A stretch of 24,367 nucleotides of DNA. Source: Armatimonadota bacterium (GTDB lineage: Bacteria > Armatimonadota > UBA5829 > DTLH01). The notes under the pieces were generated by a model. It was given only the letters and a program-made list of their open reading frames with translations. It did not search any database and was not told the origin of the DNA. Location: the NCBI GenBank assembly GCA_039679675.1, contig JBDKUN010000024.1, forward strand, positions 1 through 24,367. Direction: 5' to 3'. Made by a program: the position numbers and the translations under genes. Shown here piece after piece: positions 15,405 to 24,367 of this stretch. Each line of letters begins with the position of its first letter. The stretch's first letter is position 1.

Positions 15405-17146
15405 TAGGGCATGCCGCCAGGTCCACCTTGACCGGGAGGGCTCGGCGGACCGTCGCCTCCCCACGCGCCGGGTGAGGGCTGGCTGCCGGGTCCCTGTCCC
15501 GGATTTGGGCTGCTGCCGGGGCCTCCCCCCGGATTTGTACTACCACCAGGAGCGGCAGGTGTCGTCGAAACCGATGGTACCGGCGGCTGCGGGCGAGTGA
15601 CCGGTTTTTTTATCTTGGTCTTGTCCTTGACTACTACCTTTGGAGGCGGCATCGAGTTATCAACTACAAAGGACCACGTATGCTTTATCTCGTTGCCCTT
15701 CCAGTCGTCTGCGATAATAGTCAGGATATGCCTTCCGTCGGAAAGCGGCCTGACCGGGCTCGTAATAGGCGTTATATAAGAAATCTTCATTGTCGATGGA
15801 TCGAAGGTGTAATCTACCTTTTCTTCATCCAGCAGCAGTTGAATACTGTCGGGATTGATGCCGGTGCTCTCATCATAGAGGATCGCCGATATTTGTATGG
15901 GCGGATGGCCCGACATGGCCGTTCCCAAATGAGGCATCACATTATACAGCTTGGGCGAAGTGTTGTCCGGGGCATCGTTTTTGAAGCATCTGAGCGATCC
16001 GTCATCAGTCAGCACTAAAAGCGAATTGCCTGCTGCCACCAGCGGAGCGGAAATAGAAGTGTAGCTCGCCGGCTGGTTGTTGTTACCGATAATCGAAGGA
16101 GTGGCTGTATAGTTCCATAAAAGATTACCGGTATCCGCAGAGAATGCACACACCGTACCGCGCTTAGTCCCTACGAAGACCGTGTCTCCAGCAACAGTCG
16201 GAGGAGCGCTTACAGCCATTTTAAGGTCAGCCGCTGCAGCCCACTTCGGTTTTGCGGCATTCAACCCGGCCTTATAGGCATAAAGCTTCAGGTTTCGGCA
16301 GACTACATAAACATCACTGCCCGCTATAGCAATCGGAGCAGACACATCGCTCTGCAGATTGATCACATAGCGCAGCTGACCGCTCTTTACACTCAGAACG
16401 TGAATGCTGTTTCCTGCCGGTATGAAGACCAGATTACCGGAAACCACTGGGCCGCTCTGCGTATCAACTGACGGTAGCCTGTAGGTCCATCGGATCTTAC
16501 CGGTGGCGCTGTTCGCTGCGTAGACAGTCGTGTCCAGTGAAGTGAATACAACTATTCCGGGAGATATTGCAGGAGAAGCAGCAACATCGTCATTGGTACG
16601 GAAACCGCCTGTCCATGAAAGCTCGCCGCTTCGTGCATCTATAGCATAAAGATTGTTGTCGTCAGAACCTACGAAGATTGTGCCGTTCGATACGACAGGT
16701 GTTGAGCGGATCGCACTTTCCGCGGAAAATGTCCAGGCCATAAGCCCGGTGGCTGCATTAAGCGCGTACAGCTTGCCGTCCATACCACCGAAGAACACCA
16801 TATCCTCCCAAGCGGTAATCCCGGTCTTTACAGCAGACCTTAAGGCATCCGAACCCGATGGGAATCTCCATTTCAAACTTCCTGTGGCGGTATCGACCGC
16901 ATATACACGGTCTCCCGAAGAAAAATACGTGGTGTCCCCGACGACTGCCGGAGCAGATGTGTTGTTTGCAGACTTTGTGGTGTTGTGCTGCCAGTACAAG
17001 GTCAGCGGCACGGTGAGTTGCTGCGGTGTATAACCAGTCTGGGCTTCATCATATCTGGCCATTGTCCAGTCACTCTCTGCTGCATGCGCCACTGCGCCGA
17101 CAGCGAGCACCATGACCAGAGCAATAACCAAGCGCTTATAGATCAT
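15404..17146 (-). CDS. PQQ/BamB-like beta-propeller protein with Ig-like domain and Pro/Gly-rich tail
   Basis: Signal peptide; repeated blades (vYA.d..tG...W); Ig-like segment (DESTGINPDSI...LSDGRHILTIIADDWKGN...WSFVVD); P/G-rich tail. ATG 17146 follows GAGGGAGG. Confidence 0.88.
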   Translation of the reverse strand: MIYKRLVIALVMVLAVGAVAHAAESDWTMARYDEAQTGYTPQQLTVPLTLYWQHNTTKSANNTSAPAVVGDTTYFSSGDRVYAVDTATGSLKWRFPSGSDALRSAVKTGITAWEDMVFFGGMDGKLYALNAATGLMAWTFSAESAIRSTPVVSNGTIFVGSDDNNLYAIDARSGELSWTGGFRTNDDVAASPAISPGIVVFTSLDTTVYAANSATGKIRWTYRLPSVDTQSGPVVSGNLVFIPAGNSIHVLSVKSGQLRYVINLQSDVSAPIAIAGSDVYVVCRNLKLYAYKAGLNAAKPKWAAAADLKMAVSAPPTVAGDTVFVGTKRGTVCAFSADTGNLLWNYTATPSIIGNNNQPASYTSISAPLVAAGNSLLVLTDDGSLRCFKNDAPDNTSPKLYNVMPHLGTAMSGHPPIQISAILYDESTGINPDSIQLLLDEEKVDYTFDPSTMKISYITPITSPVRPLSDGRHILTIIADDWKGNEIKHTWSFVVDNSMPPPKVVVKDKTKIKKPVTRPQPPVPSVSTTPAAPGGSTNPGGGPGSSPNPGQGPGSQPSPGAWGGDGPPSPPGQGGPGGMP

Positions 17147-17244
17147 CGAAATCCTCCCTCGAAACAGACGAACGTCATAAAAGAGCATTATTCACAATAA
17201 ACGTGAATAGAGTATTCCTGAAACGAATCAAGCACCCTAGCACG

Positions 17245-17274
17245 ATTATATCAGGTAATTGCTGAGTGTAGCAA
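17245..17274 (-). promoter_or_regulatory. SigA-type promoter of the propeller-dprA unit
   Basis: Minus strand TTGCTA-N18-TATAAT with extended -10 (TGnTATAAT). Confidence 0.55.
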
Positions 17275-17422
17275 TGTGTCAATTACTCTTAAATAGACCT
17301 TGCCGGAGGGTTGTGTGTTCCGTTTGCCCGTTTAATTAAGTTTCATGGCCGGAAGATTTTCGCAAACAGCGGGCATGCAACTGGTTGTTGAGAGAGCATC
17401 CGAAATTCTGCAGATGAGGATA

Positions 17423-18124
17423 TTACCAGAGATCTATGGTGATATCGGCGCCTCCGACGTTCACATTGGCCTGGCCCGATGCCGGGTCCACGTCAAATAC
17501 CAGCGGCCCAAAGGTGCTGCTCATACCGCCGATCCTGCCGGTCCGCTCGATGTTGCCTTTGGCGACAATCTTTATGTCAGCCCCGGATGCCGAAACCCCG
17601 ATCTCGCCTTTGAAAGTGTAAACCGCAAGCGGCGTCTCAATGGAAGCCCTGCATGGCAGAGACCCGTTCGCAGTCACGCCTCTCTGATCGACATCGCATG
17701 CCACCTGCACCGACATCCCCCGGCCAAGCCGGATCACACCGCTTCCCGTGATGCCTTTACCCGGCTCGACCACGAGGTTTGCATCGCATACCGGCTGCCC
17801 ATGCGTCTGCACGGTCCCTGTGCCCTGCATTCCACTTCTGTCGAGCATAAAGCTCCCGTCTATCCTGACACCGCTGATGTTGAAGCTGGCCCTGGTGCTT
17901 CCGATGACCAGCCCCGCAGCAGAACGGGCAAGATCGACCCGGCAGCTTCCTCCGCCGGGGACAGCCACACTGCCCGTAGCGCGCCCGGAGCCGTCCGCGT
18001 CTGACGACCCCTTTATATTGCTTATGGTAAACCCGCCGAGTTCCATCGTTTCCGGCCATTCAGCAGCAAGCACCGGAACCGCAAGCAAGGCTATTATAAT
18101 TAAAACGATAGGTACTATCTTCAT
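17423..18124 (-). CDS. Exported Gly-rich all-beta hypothetical protein
   Basis: Signal peptide MKIVPIVLIIIALLAVPVLA; repeated GxxGxG strand motifs. Start could be 18184. Confidence 0.7.
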   Translation of the reverse strand: MKIVPIVLIIIALLAVPVLAAEWPETMELGGFTISNIKGSSDADGSGRATGSVAVPGGGSCRVDLARSAAGLVIGSTRASFNISGVRIDGSFMLDRSGMQGTGTVQTHGQPVCDANLVVEPGKGITGSGVIRLGRGMSVQVACDVDQRGVTANGSLPCRASIETPLAVYTFKGEIGVSASGADIKIVAKGNIERTGRIGGMSSTFGPLVFDVDPASGQANVNVGGADITIDLW

Positions 18125-18265
18125 TGTGTTAAGTATCTTTACCAACCGGGATTTATATTGATTGTCTATAGAATATCCTTCCATAAATCTTAAGACGGAA
18201 AATTAGAATAAACATTGCCTTCAAACGGTTGACAACTAATAGTGAACATGATACAGTGTGTCAAT

Positions 18266-18279
18266 CGAACGCTTGTTCG
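18266..18279. promoter_or_regulatory. LexA (SOS/Cheo-type) box inside a promoter
   Basis: CGAAC-GCTT-GTTCG lies between GTGTCA (18258-18263) and TATAAT (18281-18286), 17-nt spacer. Confidence 0.75.
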
Positions 18280-18304
18280 CTATAATCGGTGGAGGTATTG
18301 TGAA

Positions 18305-18787
18305 ATGGGCAATGGACAGGGGACTTTACTGAAGACAAAAGCCGGGGATGACAGGTATTCGGCAGACCGGCAGATGCTTGAAGAAGCCGCAGATGAGCTG
18401 CTCCGCGAAGCAGCTGGCGGACGGAAGCGGGTTTACACAGAGAAACAGTTAGCAAGGAAGATAAGGCTCGAATCCAAACGGATTCCCGACGCCGGGGAGT
18501 GCTGCCTGCCTACTGAAGCGCTCGATTACCTGCTCAGAAAGCAGATAAAGCTGATGATCGACTGCTCCCGGCTGTCAAAACTGCAGGCTGCAGTGCTCTT
18601 TATGATATTGGAGGGTTACAGCCTTACAGAAATTGCCCAAAACTACGATATTTCCTACGACTCGGTGCGGCGCGCGCTCAGAATAGCCCGCAACAAATTG
18701 TCCAGGCGCAGTTCCCCCTACGACGGCCTGTATGAGGTCTACTGGAGCGAAGTGCACAGGTATATCTACAGGAAATGCAGCGTCTGA
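18305..18787 (+). CDS. Sigma-70 region 4 / LuxR-like HTH DNA-binding protein
   Basis: LSKLQAAVLFMILEGYSLTEIAQNYDISYDSVRRALRIARNKL; GGAGGT 8 nt before ATG 18305; no recognisable sigma region 2. Confidence 0.8.
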   Translation: MGNGQGTLLKTKAGDDRYSADRQMLEEAADELLREAAGGRKRVYTEKQLARKIRLESKRIPDAGECCLPTEALDYLLRKQIKLMIDCSRLSKLQAAVLFMILEGYSLTEIAQNYDISYDSVRRALRIARNKLSRRSSPYDGLYEVYWSEVHRYIYRKCSV

Positions 18788-18792
18788 ATGTA

Positions 18793-20133
18793 TCACCGCT
18801 GTTCCGGTGGGACGGTATCTTCGGTGACTTTTTCTACACCGCATATCTGGACAGGAAGTATGCCTTTTTCGCAGTATACGGGTCTCACGAGTTCGCGCAG
18901 CCGGGGGAGATTGCTTGCGAAGACAATCGCCCCTACTATGGCTATGAACCCGCCGATCGCTACTGTGCGTGGCGCGCCAATGGATTCGGCCAGTGTCCCG
19001 GCCATAAGACTTCCGAACGGCGCCATACCCATAAAAGCCATAGTGTAGAAGCTCATTACGCGCCCACGCTTGGCGTCTTCGACGATAGTCTGCAAAATAG
19101 TATTGCTGGAAGCCATCTGCGTGAGCGCCACGAAGCCGATTATGATGAGGATCGATATTGAGAGCCAGAGCGTGCCCGAAAATGAAAAAGCAATAAGCGC
19201 CGCACCGAGCATAAAAGCCGAAAACGGGATCCATTTTCCAAGACCGAGGACTGACTTCCTCGAAGCCAGAAATATTGCGCCGACAAGGGCCCCGACGCCG
19301 GTTGCAGAGGTCAGGATTCCGAGAGTGGCGGGCCCGCCGTGAAGGATTTTCGTAGCAAAAACCGGCATCAAAACAGCGTACGGCATTGATACCAGGCTGA
19401 TCAGCGCAAGGAGGTAAATAATAGACCTGATGGGCGGAAATCCGAATGTATAAGCAAAACCTTCGCGGAGCTGGGTCACCGGATGCGGGTGTTCCCGTTC
19501 TCTCGTGTCTACAGCTACCCGCATGAAGAAAAGTGCGATAATAACCGCGATATAGCTGATCCCGTTAATCAGAAAGCACATTCCTTCGCCCACGGCGGCG
19601 ATGAGAGCTCCTGCAAGTGCCGGGCCTACAAGTCTGGCCGCATTGAACATGGAGGAGTTAAGCGCTATCGCATTGGGAAGGTCTTCCCTGTTCTCTACCA
19701 TTTCAATAACGAACGACTGCCTTGTAGGAATGTCGAAACCGTTTACGAACCCGGCAAAAGTCCCGAGGGCGATGATCTGCCACACCTGGATCTTGCCTGC
19801 CAGCACAAGGAAAGCGAGCAAGAGCGCCTGGATCATGAACATGGTCTGTGTCATGATGATCATCCTGTGCCGGTTCCACCGGTCGACAAGCACACCTGCA
19901 AACGGAGTCAGCAGAAATGTGGCTATCTGGCTCGTGAACCCTACGATTCCGAGGAGTACAGCGGAGCCGGTGAGACTATACACCAGCCAGCTTAATGCAA
20001 CGCTCTGTATCCAGGTCCCGACAAGCGATATTAGCTGTCCGAAGAAGAACAGCCGGTAATTCCGGGACTTGAGAGCCCTGAACACTTCATTTACATTGAA
20101 GCGATTGTTCTGTCGTGATGTATTTCCTTCCAT
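18793..20133 (-). CDS. MFS transporter (DHA3/MFS_3-like)
   Basis: RNYRLFFFGQLISLVGTW, GVLVDRWNR, PTRQSF, NAARLVGPA, RGRVMS; about 12 TM helices. Confidence 0.93.
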   Translation of the reverse strand: MEGNTSRQNNRFNVNEVFRALKSRNYRLFFFGQLISLVGTWIQSVALSWLVYSLTGSAVLLGIVGFTSQIATFLLTPFAGVLVDRWNRHRMIIMTQTMFMIQALLLAFLVLAGKIQVWQIIALGTFAGFVNGFDIPTRQSFVIEMVENREDLPNAIALNSSMFNAARLVGPALAGALIAAVGEGMCFLINGISYIAVIIALFFMRVAVDTREREHPHPVTQLREGFAYTFGFPPIRSIIYLLALISLVSMPYAVLMPVFATKILHGGPATLGILTSATGVGALVGAIFLASRKSVLGLGKWIPFSAFMLGAALIAFSFSGTLWLSISILIIIGFVALTQMASSNTILQTIVEDAKRGRVMSFYTMAFMGMAPFGSLMAGTLAESIGAPRTVAIGGFIAIVGAIVFASNLPRLRELVRPVYCEKGILPVQICGVEKVTEDTVPPEQR

Positions 20134-20375
20134 TCTATTGTTTATATTTATATCCTTACACAGTCGGAGTTATTGCGCCCGCATATTTATAGATCTTAGC
20201 ACACATTGAGGCCCAGTTCTCTGTGTAATCTTTTTGGGCACCTTCCATTTGCGATACTGCTAATTCAAAAAATAAAAAACATCGCTTGTTGTGCATCCGG
20301 CGTGTGAACTATAATATGTTGACATGATGCCGAGGTAATTTTGGCGGCAAGCAGAAATATGCCAGGAGGAATGTT

Positions 20376-22859
20376 ATGCGCTTCATTCACTATCTCACTG
20401 TTTGTGCAGTCTGCCTCACCATAGCTTCGCCTTTACTACTCCCAGCACATGCAGCTGTGACCCCCGCAAGAGGAATCGCTGTGCTTGCATCGAGCATTGG
20501 CAGCGACTTTACTCCTGAAGACCTGGCACGGTCAGTGCGGCAAGGCAATTTCTCTTTAGTGGTGGTAGACTGGGCATGGATCACGTATCACTGGGAGCGG
20601 ACCGATTTTAGGGCCGTAAATCGGTTCCTAGAGCTAATGTCGGCAGATAATGTGTCGATCGCGGCCATGTACCGCCCAAGATTTTTGTCAAACCCGACGG
20701 TAGCTACGCAGACGGATAAAGATGGTAAGCTGAAAACAGATCATGAAGAAATCTGCTACTCAGACCAGGCAGCATGCCAGTGGGGAATATCCTGGGGTGA
20801 GAAAATTCTCGCCAAATGCCCCAACATCAAAGAGATCATCATCTACAACCCTATGAATGAATGCCATTGCCCAAAGTGCACTGCAGCTTCAACCAAAGGA
20901 GCACATACAGCGGTAATGGGTTTTCTTTCAAATGCCAAGTCTGCTTGGCGGGCAAAGCGCCCCGATGTGAAGCTGGGTGTGGTCTATATGCCTTATATCG
21001 ATTTCTGGAAGGCCGGACTGGACATCATCGATGTCGCGCATCCATTTCTGTGCATCAGAGAAGAAATCGACCCTGCCAAAGAGGTCACAAATATCCAGGC
21101 AGTACGCTCCATAGTCAAAGATAAGATGGGGCCGTGCCTTGGCAAGATCACATGGGAAGAAGGAGCAAAAGTCTCAATTAATAAGCTGAAAACGTTCGAC
21201 GAGGCGGCGATCAAAGGCGGGATATCCTATTTCTTCTGGACTTACGAGACGCTCTTCCATTCCTCTCTTTATGATCCGGCAGCTGTCGCGCAATCTTTGG
21301 CTTCTACAAAGATAGCGCAGAACACCAACCCTACAGGTTCGACCGATAAGCCTGATGAGACCCAGCTTAAGGCAGCAGAGACTTTACTCGATCAGGTCAT
21401 ACACGCCGAGCATGGGGCCCCTCAGTTCGCCGCCATAAACGAAGCCGTTCGGAAAATCAAGGAAATGGATGTCGAAAGCCGGAGCGCGATTCTCTCATTA
21501 GCCAGAGCAAGGATGAATGACAAAAGCTTTGATGTAGGACTTCGCTGGCCGTTCTGTTATGTGATCAGCCGAAGCGGGGATGAAGAGGGTGTATCCGACC
21601 TGATCCAGTTGTTGCTTCAAGATGAATCACAAGTCATGCGTTCAGTAGCTGCTGAGGCATTGGGAGGACTGCGCAACAATCCAGCAGCACGTGAGGCAAT
21701 GTTGCAGTCAGCCGGCAAAGAAACCAATCCACAGGTACGCGAAGTGCTTAACCGATACTTGGGTCAGGCAATGCCTTCCCCCGGCGCGTCCTCCAAGCCC
21801 GCGATTGCAGTTGGCGTGGAAGAACTTGCTCCATCAGGACCGCCGGAGCCTCCGGCAGGACCGGCACGCCCTGTTGCAAAACCGCTGTCATGGCCGTTTC
21901 CGGGGGACTCAAAGGCTCAGAACATCTTTAATAATTATCAGACGGCGACCGATGAATACATTCACTGCGGACTGGACTTTCTACACCCTGCTGGAACACC
22001 AGTAACGGCAGTCAGCCCAGGATATGTGTCAGTGATCTGGAGCCGCGAGCCCCACACCGGTGATTTTTTCATCGTAACACCCAAAAAAGGTGGCGACCGG
22101 GGATGGTGCTATACGCACTTGGACCCAAAGACGTTCACCTTCAAAGAGGGGGATTTCATCCAGCAGGGTCAGCTATTGGGAAAGCTGGTCCTGTTTTCTC
22201 CAAATGAAAAACAGAGTATGGACCACCTGCATCTTCATTATGTGAGCTTCACAAAGGAGGTCTCCGGGCAGGTGAGTCTCAATAGCCTGATTGATCCGCT
22301 CTACTTCTTTGACTGGAAAGATACCAAACCGCCTTCTTTCCGCCCTCTCTGGTTCGTGGCGGAAGGAACTACCAAACAATTCCAGGCCGATTCCTCGGGT
22401 ATAGTCGCTGTCAACGGTAAAGTCGACATCCTGGCTGCAATAACAGATACCGCCTACGACGGACAGCAGTCATTTTTGGGTGTGCCGGTGGTTATGTTTT
22501 CTATCAGTGATGGAAGACACACTATGCAAAAGCTGGTGATAGACCACCGGGGGAATGTTGGGGACTCCAAACAGACAAAACTGCTCTACTTGTCACGCGA
22601 AGAGGCCAGAGCATTGGCTAACCCTGCTTCCTTCTTCCCCTACTATCAGGTACTGAGGGTAACAAAGACGGATGGCGACGGCAAAATCACGCCACAGGAC
22701 GCCGGAGAGTGCTGGGATACGACAGCACTGGACAGCACAGGCAAGCCATTGTGGCCTGACGGCAAGTATTCGGTAAACGTCTATGCATGGGACATTTCGG
22801 GCAATCGAGGAGTAGCGGGAGCAATAGTCCAGGTTAAAAACGGACCCGGTACGGATTAA
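20376..22859 (+). CDS. Exported multidomain protein: GH-like barrel + HEAT repeats + M23 metallopeptidase + C-terminal beta domain
   Basis: AGGAGG RBS; signal peptide ending AHA; YNPMNECHCPKC; HEAT repeat (LIQLLLQDESQVMRSVAAEALG); M23 motifs HCGLD, GTPV.AV..G.V, YTHL, HLH. Confidence 0.85.
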   Translation: MRFIHYLTVCAVCLTIASPLLLPAHAAVTPARGIAVLASSIGSDFTPEDLARSVRQGNFSLVVVDWAWITYHWERTDFRAVNRFLELMSADNVSIAAMYRPRFLSNPTVATQTDKDGKLKTDHEEICYSDQAACQWGISWGEKILAKCPNIKEIIIYNPMNECHCPKCTAASTKGAHTAVMGFLSNAKSAWRAKRPDVKLGVVYMPYIDFWKAGLDIIDVAHPFLCIREEIDPAKEVTNIQAVRSIVKDKMGPCLGKITWEEGAKVSINKLKTFDEAAIKGGISYFFWTYETLFHSSLYDPAAVAQSLASTKIAQNTNPTGSTDKPDETQLKAAETLLDQVIHAEHGAPQFAAINEAVRKIKEMDVESRSAILSLARARMNDKSFDVGLRWPFCYVISRSGDEEGVSDLIQLLLQDESQVMRSVAAEALGGLRNNPAAREAMLQSAGKETNPQVREVLNRYLGQAMPSPGASSKPAIAVGVEELAPSGPPEPPAGPARPVAKPLSWPFPGDSKAQNIFNNYQTATDEYIHCGLDFLHPAGTPVTAVSPGYVSVIWSREPHTGDFFIVTPKKGGDRGWCYTHLDPKTFTFKEGDFIQQGQLLGKLVLFSPNEKQSMDHLHLHYVSFTKEVSGQVSLNSLIDPLYFFDWKDTKPPSFRPLWFVAEGTTKQFQADSSGIVAVNGKVDILAAITDTAYDGQQSFLGVPVVMFSISDGRHTMQKLVIDHRGNVGDSKQTKLLYLSREEARALANPASFFPYYQVLRVTKTDGDGKITPQDAGECWDTTALDSTGKPLWPDGKYSVNVYAWDISGNRGVAGAIVQVKNGPGTD

Positions 22860-22884
22860 CCACTTAATGTAGACCACAAACCAA

Positions 22885-22912
22885 AGTGGCCGCCTCGAAA
22901 GAGGCGGCCACT
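22885..22912. terminator. Terminator hairpin between convergent genes
   Basis: AGTGGCCGCCTC-GAAA-GAGGCGGCCACT, perfect 12-bp stem. Confidence 0.85.
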
Positions 22913-22932
22913 GAAGAAATAATCGGCAGAGA

Positions 22933-24364
<1,432 letters not shown>

Positions 24365-24367
24365 CGA

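Noticed and set aside
15404..15600. Repetitive GC-rich DNA
   Set aside because: Explained by the Pro/Gly-rich coding tail of the propeller protein.
17290..17340. c-di-GMP-I riboswitch (minus strand GGGCAAAC...GCAAGG)
   Set aside because: No GNRA-capped paired P2 stem, and it lies upstream of the predicted promoter.

Overview
Bacterial chromosomal window. The gene style is reminiscent of Armatimonadota, but that is inference only. Left end (1-4119): a probable IS630 3' end, then three uncharacterised exported proteins, two of which start with the same 149-bp upstream region plus signal-peptide module (147/149 identical). 4169-5715: a stand-alone cyanophycin-synthetase N-domain-like gene with a probable CTG start, a two-hairpin structured leader resembling the ldcC orphan RNA motif, a PD-(D/E)xK-like gene and a small membrane protein. 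Then a LysM-NlpC/P60 endopeptidase, a zinc-ribbon protein, and a gal-like cluster: unannotated 32-aa ORF, galT, B12-binding radical SAM and a galK with a non-canonical sugar-binding motif. Further right: tatD-tcdA, a TPR protein, a PQQ/BamB-like propeller coupled to dprA, a sigma-region-4-like HTH gene with a perfect LexA box in its promoter, an MFS transporter, an 827-aa GH-like/HEAT/M23 exported protein, and serS with a 112-bp MITE-like element just upstream. No rRNA, tRNA or CRISPR array was seen. All family assignments are from motif recognition by eye; no searches were run.
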